From an uncultured Candidatus Saccharibacteria bacterium (lineage in GTDB: Bacteria; Patescibacteriota; Minisyncoccia; 2-02-FULL-40-12; GWA2-44-9), in contig CAYHIK010000006.1 in assembly GCA_964356795.1 (NCBI GenBank), positions 10,286 to 70,648 on the forward strand: DNA of 60,363 bases, given 5' to 3'. The translations under genes were made by a program, and so were the position numbers. Shown one piece after another: positions 1 through 10,036 of this stretch; position 1 is the stretch's first letter, and the number at the start of each line of letters is the position of its first letter. The notes under the pieces were generated by a model, which did not search any database, had not been told where the DNA came from, and worked only from the letters and a program-made list of their open reading frames with translations.

Positions 1-2770
1 AAGATGCGATGGTGAATATTTCCGTGTTTGCGTTATTCAAAATACTGAATCGGTCTAACGCGCCCACACCCGTTTGTGCTAGGAGATGCCAGCGACCATC
101 GTAGCCGGTGCCATTACTCGCCTGGGAGGCGGCGTTGAGGGTGATGTACTGTGTTGCGGCTGAAGTAGAGGCGAGGATATTGCCACCCACATCGAGCTTC
201 TGATCGGGAGTCTTGGTACCGATGCCGAGATTCTGAGAGCCATAGGCGCCTGCGTTAATGTAGCTTGCAGAAGCAGTCCAACCAGTGAGGTAGGTGGTGG
301 AAGTAGAATTTGTCATGAGGCGGAGGTAGCCAGCAGCAGTACCATTAGTCATATCGCCGCCGAGCTCTGCGGAGCGACCGTTGCTGTTGTTAATATAAAC
401 CCCTCCGGTATTAGCGCCGTTATACAGTGCGAGTTGCGTATTGGGTGTGGTGGTACCGATACCCAGCCTGTTGTTGGTATCATCCCAGAAGAGATTGGAA
501 TTATCTTGGGTAAGCACACCATTAATACCAGCGAATAAAACACTCCCTTGCGTGTAGGGACCATCAATAGTACCAGTCACTTCAAAGTTGCCAGAAACCG
601 AAGCGTTGCCGATTACATCAAGCTTGGTGGTAGGAGCCGTGGTGCCGATACCGATGTTGCCAGAAGATGCGATGGTGAATATTTCCGTGTTTGCGTTATT
701 CAAAATACTGAATCGGTCAGCAGTCGTTGCTCCTGTTCCCGCACGGAGCGTCCACTTGCCATCTGCGCCCGTACCATTACTCGTCTGCACAGCTGCATGG
801 AGAGTGATGTCTTGCGTGGCAGCGGAGGTGGACGCGAGAATGTTGCCGAGGACGTCGAGTTTTGCATTGGGGGTTTTTGTGCCAATGCCAAGATTGTTCG
901 TACTCACTGTATTCATGTAGCTTGCGGATGACTCAGCTCCAGTAAGGTAGGTAGACGTAACCCCGTTACGCATGAGCCGGAGGTAGCCGTAGGCACAATT
1001 TCCAGCACAATCATCGCCCATCTCTGCGGCCCCAGACCCACCACCTTTCACTAAAATACCACCCTGCCCAGGAAATCCTGAGGCATAGTAGTTATTGATC
1101 TCTAACATGTGGGACGGGATCGTGGTGCCAATACCGACAAGGCCATTGGATGCGATAGTAAAGATTTCGGTGTTTGTATTATTCAAGATGCTAAACCTGT
1201 CCGCAGTGGCAGCTCCCGTTCCTGCGCGAAGCGTCCACTTGCCATCAGCACCCGTACCATTACTCGTCTGTATTGCTGCATGCAGAATAATGTCTTGCGC
1301 TCCAACAGATGTGGAGGCAAGAATGTTGCCATTCACATCAAGCTTCTGCTCTGGAGTACGAGTACCGATACCGAGGTTACCACCCGCAGCGCTGAGGTAG
1401 CTTGCGGATGATGTGTAGCCAGAGAGATACACATTCGCTGCAGAGCTCTGGTTCATGAGACGCAGATACCCCATCGCTGCGCCAGGATAGTCAACGCCGA
1501 GCTCTGCGCCGCGATATGCGCCCACAGAAAACACGATCTTTGATGTGTCATCACCCGCTATGTTGGCCACGTTAATGGTCCCCACTGGTGCCGTTGAGCC
1601 AATGCCGACATAGCCGCGGGATGTGATGACAAAGAGCTCTGAGCTTGCGTTGTTCAAAATACTAAATCTGTCTGCGGTCGTGGTGCCCGTAGTGGCGCGT
1701 AGCGACCAGAGCCCATCAAGCCCCGAGCCATTCCCCGTCTGTGACCCTGCGTTGATTTGGATGTTTGTTGTAGTGGCAGAAGTAGATGCGAGAATCACAC
1801 CGTTGACGTCGAGTTTCTGGTTGGGTGTGCGTGTACCGATACCGAAGTTGCCACCAACAGCATTTGTGTAACTCGCAGAAGAACCGGCGGAAAGATATGT
1901 GCCAGAGGTGGCGCCAGTCATGAGGCGCAAATAGCCAACATTCGCTGCATCGCCTGGCGTATCCTCGCCGAGCATGGCGGCAACGCCGACGCGAATAGCT
2001 CCAAAGTAGTTTTGCGCCGCACCAAAGGCGACGTTCAGCAAATCAGAAGGCGACGTCGTGTTAATTCCCACATATCCATTCGATGCAACCACAAAGATTT
2101 CAGTGCTTGCGTTGTTGAGGATGCTAAATCTGTCCGCTGCGGCTCCCGTAGTAGCGCGTAGCGACCAGAGCCCATCAAGCCCCGAGCCATTCCCCGTCTG
2201 TGACCCTGCGTTGATTTGGATATTGGTGGTGGTGGCAGAAGTGGAGGCGAGAATCACACCATTCACATCAAGCTTCTGATTAGGCGTGCGAGTGCCGATG
2301 CCAAAGTTACCAGCCACAGCGTTGGTATAGCTCGCAGAAGAACCGGCGCTAAAATATGAGCTCGTAATTCCTTGCCCAAGTAAGCGGAGATATCCGTATG
2401 ACGTTGTATTTCCTGGCGTGTCTTCGCCGAGCATGGTGGCGACACCCGCAGAATCAATAACGGCAATGGCTCCAGCGTAGTTCTGAGCCGTTCCCGCAAC
2501 CTGCAGCGTAAGAAGTTGCGCGGGTGCTGTGGTATTAATGCCGATGTATCCGTTCGAGGCGATAGTGAAAAGCTCGGAATTTGCGTTGTTGAAGATGCCA
2601 AATCGATCTGCGGTGGTTGCGCCCGTCTGTGCGCGGAGATACCAACGACCATCTAATCCTGAACCGTTACTCGTCTGGCTGTTTGCATTGAGCATGATGT
2701 CAGCTGTAGTCGCGGACGCAGAGGCAAGAATGATGCCTGCTACATCGAGTTTCTGGTCGGGAGTTTGAGT
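1..2770 (-). repeat. Tandem in-frame coding repeats, unit about 460-660 bp, at least 6 copies
   Basis: Positions 1-55 are identical to 664-718. Diverged copies of the same ~55-nt core lie near 1150, 1620, 2080 and 2555. Confidence 0.85.
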
Positions 2771-3409
2771 GCCAATACCGACATTGCCCGAATCTACAAA
2801 GGTCACTCGCGGAGTAAATACACCGCCAATTCGGGGGCCAAAATTAAACTTCCAACCCGAACCATCTCCCCATGATAACGAGCCCTCATTCGGACTTGCA
2901 CCTCCGCCACCGAGAGTTGTATATCCTGCGCCCTGCGTTCCGTAGCCATCTCGCACCGTGACAGCGCCATTCACATCCAGTCTTGCTGCTGGCGTGGTGA
3001 TGCCGATTCCCACATTACCTCCGACGTAGGTGTTTCCAGAAATGCTCGCAACCCCGACCACTTCGAACTTAGCCTCAGGGGATGAGTCCCCGATTCCGAC
3101 ATTCCCTGAGTTCAGAGTCCAGATGTCATTAGAGCCCGATGCCCAGGCAAGTTGATTCTCAATGTATTTGAGATTTCCGAGGAGCGAGCCGTTTTGATTG
3201 GCTACCACCGAAGAGGAGTCAAAGGTCGCAGACGCGATCGCATCGTAGAGATTGGAGAGTGAGTACATCGTGGCTACTGGGAGCGCAGACGGGGTCAGAG
3301 AGCCTGCGGTAGCGCCGAGGACGAGGGCGAACAAGGCCACCGTGGCAACGGTAAGAGACTTACGGAATCGCTTGATGAGGGGTTCGAGCGTCACAGTAAA
3401 TAGTCGCAA
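1..3409 (-). CDS. Large repeat-containing secreted/surface protein, tail-fibre-like G-I-G-T repeat modules (partial; continues past window start)
   Basis: Absent from the ORF track because there is no in-window stop. The minus frame with codon first base at coord mod 3 = 1 is open from TTG 3409 (alt GTG 3394, ATG 3268) to position 1. No listed minus ORF uses this frame. N-terminus KRFRKSLTVATVALFALVLGATAG looks like a signal/anchor. Modules read RFSILNN(A/T)NTEIFTIAS.G.(I/V)GIGT.TP..KLDV.GNILAS. The plus-strand ORFs here are repeat shadows. Confidence 0.8.
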   Translation of the reverse strand, partial: MRLFTVTLEPLIKRFRKSLTVATVALFALVLGATAGSLTPSALPVATMYSLSNLYDAIASATFDSSSVVANQNGSLLGNLKYIENQLAWASGSNDIWTLNSGNVGIGDSSPEAKFEVVGVASISGNTYVGGNVGIGITTPAARLDVNGAVTVRDGYGTQGAGYTTLGGGGASPNEGSLSWGDGSGWKFNFGPRIGGVFTPRVTFVDSGNVGIGTQTPDQKLDVAGIILASASATTADIMLNANSQTSNGSGLDGRWYLRAQTGATTADRFGIFNNANSELFTIASNGYIGINTTAPAQLLTLQVAGTAQNYAGAIAVIDSAGVATMLGEDTPGNTTSYGYLRLLGQGITSSYFSAGSSASYTNAVAGNFGIGTRTPNQKLDVNGVILASTSATTTNIQINAGSQTGNGSGLDGLWSLRATTGAAADRFSILNNASTEIFVVASNGYVGINTTSPSDLLNVAFGAAQNYFGAIRVGVAAMLGEDTPGDAANVGYLRLMTGATSGTYLSAGSSASYTNAVGGNFGIGTRTPNQKLDVNGVILASTSATTTNIQINAGSQTGNGSGLDGLWSLRATTGTTTADRFSILNNASSELFVITSRGYVGIGSTAPVGTINVANIAGDDTSKIVFSVGAYRGAELGVDYPGAAMGYLRLMNQSSAANVYLSGYTSSASYLSAAGGNLGIGTRTPEQKLDVNGNILASTSVGAQDIILHAAIQTSNGTGADGKWTLRAGTGAATADRFSILNNTNTEIFTIASNGLVGIGTTIPSHMLEINNYYASGFPGQGGILVKGGGSGAAEMGDDCAGNCAYGYLRLMRNGVTSTYLTGAESSASYMNTVSTNNLGIGTKTPNAKLDVLGNILASTSAATQDITLHAAVQTSNGTGADGKWTLRAGTGATTADRFSILNNANTEIFTIASSGNIGIGTTAPTTKLDVIGNASVSGNFEVTGTIDGPYTQGSVLFAGINGVLTQDNSNLFWDDTNNRLGIGTTTPNTQLALYNGANTGGVYINNSNGRSAELGGDMTNGTAAGYLRLMTNSTSTTYLTGWTASASYINAGAYGSQNLGIGTKTPDQKLDVGGNILASTSAATQYITLNAASQASNGTGYDGRWHLLAQTGVGALDRFSILNNANTEIFTIAS

Positions 3410-3782
3410 TAAACATAACTATTTTACCATTAAAGCCTCGCATCTCCTTGTAAAAAAGTGGATAAGAAAGGACCACAAAAATCCAATAAGTACAGCGACG
3501 CTCCTAGATTGCAGACGCTGAAAAAGCGTTACGCAATAAAGCCAATTCTCCGCGTACACTTCTTCGCGTTTACGTCTAAGAATTTGCTCTCAAAAGACCC
3601 CCGATCGAACACACCGCCTCGATTACTAAGCTCAACCTTCACGCAAAATCAATAGAATAGATTTCTAAAGTAACGCAACGATATTCATTACAGTACATTC
3701 ATATACTATCCTACATATACATTACAATAGTATAGTAGTATGCGCGCAAAAAATAACCCTAATAACTCTTAAACCCTAGAGA

Positions 3783-4517
3783 TTAAAGACTAAAGAGTGA
3801 GCGCGCATTCTCTGTTGTACGCTCAAAGAGAGATGATGGACTCACCCCCACCATCGGGGCAATCGCGTTACCCACATGCTCTATATATGAAGGCTCATTC
3901 CGCTTCCCTCGATAGGGGGCCGGGGCGAGATACGGAGCATCAGTTTCTAGTAACAATCGATCCAGTGGAATCATCCGAATCATTGCCTCGTACGATTTTG
4001 AAAAAGTCGCGATTGCGTTGAGCCCAATATAATACCCAAGATTCAGATATGCGCGAGCCTGCTCCTCTGTTCCGTTGAAACTATGAATCACTCCCCGCGC
4101 CTTGTGTGATTGAAGAAGAGAAATCATATCATCATGCGCATCCCTGCAGTGGATGACTAATGGTTTCTCTTGTGCGATTTTTAGAAATGCCAAAAATCTC
4201 TTCTTCTGCTCTTCGCTATTCTTCGAACGATAGTAGTCGAGTCCAACTTCTCCTATGGCGACAACTTTTGGACTATCGAGTAGCTGCTCGAACAGAGAAA
4301 CGTCCTCCCCGGGGTCGTTTGGGTGTAATCCAACAGAGGCATACATACCATCATAAACATTACTAAGCTCGATTGCCTGTCGAGATGTCTCTAAATCGGT
4401 ACCAATACAGACCATCCCGATGCCTCTATCGAGGGCTCGGCGAATTACCTCATCCCTATCAGCGTCATACTGGGGAAACTGCGGATGACAGTGGGAGTCG
4501 AATATTTTGTACTGCAT
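3783..4517 (-). CDS. tatD: TatD-family metal-dependent hydrolase/DNase
   Basis: N-terminal FDSHCHP, GLHP, EVGLDYYR, HCRDAHDD, ETDAPYLAP motifs. ATG at 4517. Confidence 0.85.
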   Translation of the reverse strand: MQYKIFDSHCHPQFPQYDADRDEVIRRALDRGIGMVCIGTDLETSRQAIELSNVYDGMYASVGLHPNDPGEDVSLFEQLLDSPKVVAIGEVGLDYYRSKNSEEQKKRFLAFLKIAQEKPLVIHCRDAHDDMISLLQSHKARGVIHSFNGTEEQARAYLNLGYYIGLNAIATFSKSYEAMIRMIPLDRLLLETDAPYLAPAPYRGKRNEPSYIEHVGNAIAPMVGVSPSSLFERTTENARSLFSL

Positions 4518-4587
4518 ATAAGAATATTACATATTTTCACGTACGACGTGAAAAGAAATAAGAGTAAAATGGCGTGATTGCTAACTA

Positions 4588-6066
4588 TTAGCTACGCCTT
4601 GGAAACATCGGATTTCCGATGGATGCCTGGATTGAATCCCCCTCTATGAGCACTCTACGCGGTTCAACGGCAAACATCTTAAAGATACGCGCTGAAGTCT
4701 CGGGCATGAATGGCTGAAGGAGCCATGCAATATGGATGAGCATGCCAACGCATGTGAGAAGTGTTTCTTCTTGAGCGTCACCCTCTTGCTTCCATGGCTG
4801 GCGATCGTTGAGATACGCATTCGCAGAGGCAATCTTTGCCCACACCGAAGCGACAGCATCGTGCAATCTAAATGCATCGAATGCCTGATGATAAGCGGAG
4901 TCGTCGAATATCTGCTCGTAGAATGCCTCTGCGGGGCTTAAATTTGACCTATAAGCCCTGTTTCCGGGAAGTTTCGAGTCCACGAGCGTTGCAATTCGTT
5001 GTACGAGATTTCCTAAACCATTCGCGAGGTCGGAATTGTAGCGCTTTTCGAGGTTTGCATGAGAAAAATCACTATCATCAGTGCTCTGAAGTTCTCGCAA
5101 CATAAAGTGCCGAACGACTTCGGTGGGTTGTTGGGCGAGCAACTCAAATGGATCGATTACATTTCCTAATGATTTCGACATTTTCTCACCATCAACCGTA
5201 ATAAAGCCGTGCACATAGATGCTCTTGGGGACTTCGAGCCCCGCAGAAAGCAACATAGCAGGCCAGAATATTGCGTGGAAGCGCGTGATGTCTTTTCCGA
5301 TGAGATGCACATCGGCTGGCCAGAATGACATCCCCTCCTGATTCGTACCGTATCCAAGCGCAGAGATATAATTCGTAAGCGCGTCAGCCCACACATACAT
5401 CGTTTGACTCTCATCTCCTGGAACAGGAATCCCCCACGGCAACTGCGCTGATGGACGCGAGAAGCTCACGTCTTCAGCGTCGTCGAGGAGGTTTAGAATC
5501 TCGGATTTACGAGTCTCTGGAACGATATTGAGGCGTCCACTCTGAATGAGCTCCTTCACTTTTCCGGTGTAGTTTGTGAGCTTAAAGAACCAATTCTCCT
5601 CTTCGACGAGTTCGGGTTTGGTCTTGTGGAGCGGGCATACGCCATCGACGAGCTCGCTCGATTTGATAAACGCCTCATGCCCAACGCAGTAATGACCCGA
5701 GTACGATTTCTTATATATATCGCCCTTTTCTGCCATTGCGCACCATATCTTCTGAGCGGAGGGCCAGTGGCGAACCCTGTCTGATGTACGAATAAAATCA
5801 GTATTTGAGATGCCAAGTCGCGTCGCCAATCCCCCCACCTTACCCGCGATATTATCTACAAATTCCTGGGTTGGGACTCCCGCTTGTTCGGCAACCCGCA
5901 TAATCTTGGTGCCATGCTCGTCGGTGCCCGTCACGAATCGAACATCGTCGCCCATCATGCGACGATATCGAGCGATTGCGTCGCCCTGCACGAGCTCTAA
6001 TGCAAACCCGATGTGAGGCGGGGCATTCGTGTAGACGATGGCTGTGGTGATATAAAAACGCGCCAT
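4588..6066 (-). CDS. metG: Methionyl-tRNA synthetase
   Basis: MARFYITTAIVYTNAPPHIGFALE (HIGH-type) and KMSKSLGN. Start moved to the internal ATG 6066 because the longer ORF overlaps rsmI. Confidence 0.9.
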   Translation of the reverse strand: MARFYITTAIVYTNAPPHIGFALELVQGDAIARYRRMMGDDVRFVTGTDEHGTKIMRVAEQAGVPTQEFVDNIAGKVGGLATRLGISNTDFIRTSDRVRHWPSAQKIWCAMAEKGDIYKKSYSGHYCVGHEAFIKSSELVDGVCPLHKTKPELVEEENWFFKLTNYTGKVKELIQSGRLNIVPETRKSEILNLLDDAEDVSFSRPSAQLPWGIPVPGDESQTMYVWADALTNYISALGYGTNQEGMSFWPADVHLIGKDITRFHAIFWPAMLLSAGLEVPKSIYVHGFITVDGEKMSKSLGNVIDPFELLAQQPTEVVRHFMLRELQSTDDSDFSHANLEKRYNSDLANGLGNLVQRIATLVDSKLPGNRAYRSNLSPAEAFYEQIFDDSAYHQAFDAFRLHDAVASVWAKIASANAYLNDRQPWKQEGDAQEETLLTCVGMLIHIAWLLQPFMPETSARIFKMFAVEPRRVLIEGDSIQASIGNPMFPRRS

Positions 6067-6103
6067 TTGATAGGCGCATCGTACCACCGAATTGACGTAT
6101 GTA

Positions 6104-6793
6104 CTAGCGCTTTGGCCCAACCACGACCACGAACTCGCCGAGCACTTCATCGGCAGAAAGTGCGGCAGCGACCTCTTCGACAGTGCCCCGATAGAGGGTT
6201 TCGAACTTTTTGGTGAGCTCACGAGCCACGAGAATGGGACGATGTGGGGTTTCGGCAACCACAAACGCATCCTTCATTTCGGCGAGGCACTTCTCGATGC
6301 GATATTTCGACTCATAGAATACGATTGTGTCCTCGGATTCTGCTAATTCTCTGACAAACGTCTGCCGTCCCTTCTTGTGTGGTACGAATCCCCAGTATTG
6401 ATATCGGTCGGCAGGAAATCCGCTTACCGAGAGCGCTGCAACTCCGGCATTTGCGCCCACGATTGGCACCACACGCAAATCGGGAATCTCAACGAGTAAT
6501 AATTCAATGAGCCGGCCCCCTGGGTCGTTGATCCCCGGCGTTCCCGCATCGCTCACGAGTGCGAGATTTTTTCCCTCATGGAGCATCGCAAGCACACGAT
6601 CATCAACCCCCTTCCCGCTGTGCTGGTGATACGCGATGAGCGGTTTATGAATCTCAAAATGCGCGAGAAGTTTTACCGTCACGCGCGTGTCTTCGCACAG
6701 AATCGCATCCACCTCTTTCAGCGTCTCAATGGCCCGCAGGGTGATGTCCTGCAGGTTTCCAATGGGCGTTGCAACAATCGAGAGCGTCGCCAT
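6104..6793 (-). CDS. rsmI: 16S rRNA (cytidine1402-2'-O)-methyltransferase
   Basis: LSIVATPIGNLQDITLRAIETLKEVDAILCEDTR is a typical RsmI N-terminus. Confidence 0.85.
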   Translation of the reverse strand: MATLSIVATPIGNLQDITLRAIETLKEVDAILCEDTRVTVKLLAHFEIHKPLIAYHQHSGKGVDDRVLAMLHEGKNLALVSDAGTPGINDPGGRLIELLLVEIPDLRVVPIVGANAGVAALSVSGFPADRYQYWGFVPHKKGRQTFVRELAESEDTIVFYESKYRIEKCLAEMKDAFVVAETPHRPILVARELTKKFETLYRGTVEEVAAALSADEVLGEFVVVVGPKR

Positions 6794-6795
6794 AG

Positions 6796-7836
6796 CTATG
6801 CAGAACGACGAGATGACTTGAATCGCGCCATATCATCGAGCAACTCAACAAATATCGTAGCAACCGGCACGCCCACGAGCGCGCCCGCAACCCCCGCCAA
6901 CTGCCAACCAATCAAAATCGCGAGAATAACGACGACAGGATTGAGTCCGGTCGTCTTGCCCAGCACCAGCGGTACGAGAATGTGGTTCTCCGATTGCTGA
7001 ATCACCGTCCACATAATGAGCACCCAGAGCCCCAAGATTGGCTCTTGGATAAACGCCATCAACACCGCGGGAATTGCCGCCAACACTGGGCCCGCGATAG
7101 GGATAATCTCCAACATCATTGCAATGATTGCAAAGACGAGTGCAAATTTCACCCCAAGCAATGAAAGCCCAATGAACACCAGCAACCCCACGATAAGCGC
7201 GAGCAAGAGTTGCCCCTGCAGCCAAAGGCCCACCTTTATCTCCACGCGATGCCATAAATCAATCACATACTCCTCGTATCGCTCGGGGACCACTGCGGAA
7301 AGGAAGTTCTGAATACCGTCTTTCATTACTGAAAGATAGAACGAAATCACCAAAATTGAGACAAACGCAAACACTCCGCCGAACGCACCTGCGAGCAAAT
7401 TGAGCGCTGATTGCGAGAATTGCTGGAGATAGCCCGAGAGAAGCTCTAAAATGTTTTGTAATTCTGCAACAAAATCAAAGTATTTCGGCGACCCCTGTTG
7501 CACTGTGTCGAGTGAATCTGAAATCTGCATCGTGAGCTTCGGGAGCAACGACGTGAGGCTCGATAATTCAGAGAGCACCGATGGCAGTACGAGCGATGAG
7601 AGCACCACGCCGATTGCCAACACCATCAAATAAAGCGAAAGCACGCCCAAAATACGTGGCACGCCACGCTTTGCGAGCCAGGTCGCGAACGGTGAAACCC
7701 CAGATGCAACGACAATAGAAAACAATAAAATCAACACCACCTCCGAGAGGAGGTAGAGCACCCCGAATCCAAGCACGACCAACATTGCCCGGAACACACT
7801 CGCGGTTGAAATATCGAAAATTTGACGCTCTGCCAT
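6796..7836 (-). CDS. AI-2E/PerM (UPF0118) family membrane protein
   Basis: Multi-TM protein with an IIPIAGPVLAAIP-type C-terminal core. ATG 7836 was chosen because the longer ORF overlaps the upstream gene. Confidence 0.7.
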   Translation of the reverse strand: MAERQIFDISTASVFRAMLVVLGFGVLYLLSEVVLILLFSIVVASGVSPFATWLAKRGVPRILGVLSLYLMVLAIGVVLSSLVLPSVLSELSSLTSLLPKLTMQISDSLDTVQQGSPKYFDFVAELQNILELLSGYLQQFSQSALNLLAGAFGGVFAFVSILVISFYLSVMKDGIQNFLSAVVPERYEEYVIDLWHRVEIKVGLWLQGQLLLALIVGLLVFIGLSLLGVKFALVFAIIAMMLEIIPIAGPVLAAIPAVLMAFIQEPILGLWVLIMWTVIQQSENHILVPLVLGKTTGLNPVVVILAILIGWQLAGVAGALVGVPVATIFVELLDDMARFKSSRRSA

Positions 7837-7840
7837 AGAA

Positions 7841-9124
7841 TTATGTGAACTTGAGTACTTCGCGGAACTCGTCTTCCGCAACCGATGGGCCAATGATAGC
7901 GAGGTTGAGCTTATCATTCGTGAAGAGATCCGCGGCCACCGAGCGCACGTCGTCGCTCGTGATTGCCTGAATCTTCTGGAGCTCTTCTTCGGGGGTAATC
8001 ACGCGATCATAGTAGAGCACCGAACCGCCGTAATCATCCGCCACTCCGCCCGTGCTCTCGAGCGTAAACGCCATGCGCCCTTCGGCTTGGTCTTTCACGC
8101 GCTTGAGTTCTTCCTGGGTGACGCCGTCGGCGGCAATCTTCGCCATTTCCGCCAAAATAACCGTGATACCTTCAGCGGCTTTGGCACGATTGAGTCCTGC
8201 GCCTACTTCAAAATATCCGGAATCAGAGTAGTTCGAATTACCCGCCCACACATAGTACGCGAGTCCCCGCTTCTGGCGCACCTCATCGAATAATCTCGAG
8301 CTCATGCCCCCGCCCAACACCTGGGCCATGAGTGCCGCAGGATAGCGACGGTCGTCGAACATATCGAATCCCCGCACACCAAGATTCACATAGAGCTGTT
8401 CTACATCTTTGGAGATCCCTCGGAGCGCAGGGACTGATTGAGACTCCTTCACGGGCAATTTATCGGAGCGTTCCGCCTGACGGATTCGCGCAAATACCTC
8501 TTCAACTTTTGCCTTCACGTGTTCTGGGTCGATACCGCCTGCCACCGCGATGACGGTATTGGATGCGACGTAGTGCGTATCGAACCATGAGCGCAAATCG
8601 GGCGCCATCATTGCGTTAATTGTCCCCTCGGTACCACCAACTTCCCATCCTGCGGGTTGATCGCCATACAAAAGTTCTTCAAAAATGCGCCCAATGTGCT
8701 GTTGCGGATCATCGCGACGCATGCGTAATTCCTCATTGATTGGCCCACGCTCGATCTCCATCGCCCCCTGGTCGAGTTTTGAGTTTAAGAAAATATCGAA
8801 TACGACATCCATAATCGTATCGATCTTGGTGGCTGCCGCTTTTGCGTAGTATCCAGTAACCTCTTTGCCCGTAAATGCATTGTAGGATGCGCCGATTCCA
8901 TCGAGCTCACGACTAATGTCAACGTATCCGGGGCGCTTCTGTGTGCCTTTGAATATCATGTGCTCAAGAAAATGCGAAATACCACCCAAGTTCTTGGGCT
9001 CATACTTTGAACCGCACTTCACGAGCACCAACACCGTCGCTGTTTTGGCGGCCGGCATCGGCACCGTTACGAGGCGTAATCCCGAACTCAGTGTGTGTAA
9101 TTGATATGCAAGTCCTTGTTCCAT
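7841..9124 (-). CDS. M16 (pitrilysin) family zinc peptidase
   Basis: HFLEHMIFKGT (HxxEH) inverted zinc motif. Confidence 0.85.
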   Translation of the reverse strand: MEQGLAYQLHTLSSGLRLVTVPMPAAKTATVLVLVKCGSKYEPKNLGGISHFLEHMIFKGTQKRPGYVDISRELDGIGASYNAFTGKEVTGYYAKAAATKIDTIMDVVFDIFLNSKLDQGAMEIERGPINEELRMRRDDPQQHIGRIFEELLYGDQPAGWEVGGTEGTINAMMAPDLRSWFDTHYVASNTVIAVAGGIDPEHVKAKVEEVFARIRQAERSDKLPVKESQSVPALRGISKDVEQLYVNLGVRGFDMFDDRRYPAALMAQVLGGGMSSRLFDEVRQKRGLAYYVWAGNSNYSDSGYFEVGAGLNRAKAAEGITVILAEMAKIAADGVTQEELKRVKDQAEGRMAFTLESTGGVADDYGGSVLYYDRVITPEEELQKIQAITSDDVRSVAADLFTNDKLNLAIIGPSVAEDEFREVLKFT

Positions 9125-9164
9125 GTGCGTAGTATAACAGATGCGGTACCTCGTAATTATGTTT

Positions 9165-9237
9165 CTGCCGGTGAATGGAGTTGAACCATTTTCTGGTCGT
9201 TATGAGTGACCTGTTCTAACCGTTGAACTACACCGGC
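9165..9237 (-). tRNA. tRNA-Met(CAU)-like, non-canonical
   Basis: Reverse complement is GCCGGUG-UA-GUUC..GAAC-A-GGUCA-CUCAUAA-CGACC-AGAA-AAUGG-UUCAAACU-CCAUU-CACCGGC-A. 1:72 is paired, so elongator type. It has an A31:C39 mismatch and an 8-nt T loop. Confidence 0.6.
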
Positions 9238-9917
9238 TTGGAAATATGCTGAAGGAGCCCCTCCATAAGCCCGCTGATTATATAGTATAATTCAGTACTT
9301 TTCAAGACTGTGACGCGAAGCGTGCCGTAATACTTATTGTGATTCTCGTATCGCTTCTTCTGTTTTGTGCTCACAAATATCGTCTTTCGGAACTGCCGCG
9401 ATGAAATGCCCAGATAACGAGACCAGAATCGTTGTACGGCAGCCTCACGCTTGCGATGCATCTCGTTGATGAGGATCGAAACGGCTACATCACGAACGCT
9501 CCGTGCGAAAAACTTTTCGAGCCAGCGCATCATAAACATCACAACTCGCGGATCTGCATTCACGAAATGTACCTGCCTCATTGTTTTTGCTCCCTCCGCA
9601 AGATAGAGCGTAAGGCCAGCTGTAAAGAATTCGTCGTCGGAAAGGCTGGTAAATCGCGTGCGCCCCTCAATCGCATACTTTCCGATAACCGCCAACCGCT
9701 TTTCTCTTTGTCGTAATGCGCCGAGCACCTGTCCTCGCCGAACAGCACCTTGCTTTCGGCGAGAGAGGCTTAATTGCTGTGCGTTCGTGAGTGAGATATC
9801 ATGACACCACCGGCTCGCGCTTGATACTGAAACCCCAAGCTCTGCGGCTATTTCGTGGACACTCTTTCCTCGACTTCTTAGGCTCCGAGCCCGCAAACGT
9901 AATTCTGATTTAGCCAT
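9228..9917 (-). CDS. HTH protein with a LAGLIDADG-like (single-motif) endonuclease-like domain
   Basis: N-terminal SVHEIAAELGVSVSSASRW helix-turn-helix. GLTLYLAEGAK resembles a LAGLIDADG motif, followed by GTLRVTVLKSTELYYIISGL. The 3' end overlaps the tRNA at 9165-9237 by 10 nt. Confidence 0.45.
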   Translation of the reverse strand: MAKSELRLRARSLRSRGKSVHEIAAELGVSVSSASRWCHDISLTNAQQLSLSRRKQGAVRRGQVLGALRQREKRLAVIGKYAIEGRTRFTSLSDDEFFTAGLTLYLAEGAKTMRQVHFVNADPRVVMFMMRWLEKFFARSVRDVAVSILINEMHRKREAAVQRFWSRYLGISSRQFRKTIFVSTKQKKRYENHNKYYGTLRVTVLKSTELYYIISGLMEGLLQHISKPV

Positions 9918-9990
9918 GTATTTAGTATATCAGGTTTTTGATGCATACTACACGTGTACCTTTTTTTGAAGTACGAGGCATCAACATTCC

Positions 9991-10019
9991 TTGATATTCT
10001 GTGGCAAGTTATGTATACT
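9991..10019 (+). promoter_or_regulatory. Sigma70-like promoter for tRNA(CAU)
   Basis: TTGATA, 17 nt, TATACT, about 17 nt upstream of the tRNA 5' end. Confidence 0.55.
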
Positions 10020-10036
10020 CCATAGGTCCATCACAT

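Noticed and set aside
548-2768. Series of similar plus-strand ORFs (110, 101, 82, 73, 79 aa etc.) in the first 3 kb, and the periodicity as a possible CRISPR-like array
   Set aside because: They are frame shadows of the single open minus-strand repeat protein. The units are 460-660 bp of diverged coding sequence, not short identical repeats with unique spacers.
3252-3655. Plus-strand ORFs 3252-3521 and 3458-3655
   Set aside because: The first overlaps the 5' end of the minus-strand repeat protein. The second lies in the AT-rich divergent promoter region and has no RBS or recognisable sequence.
6067-6270. N-terminal extensions of the longest ORFs for metG, guaB (15571-15714), the AI-2E protein, the PDZ protein, ftsH, rpsA, the beta-CASP RNase and the riboswitch-controlled gene
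   Set aside because: The extensions overlap upstream genes or RNA elements and lack homology-like sequence. The internal ATGs coincide with the conserved N-termini and often with an SD.
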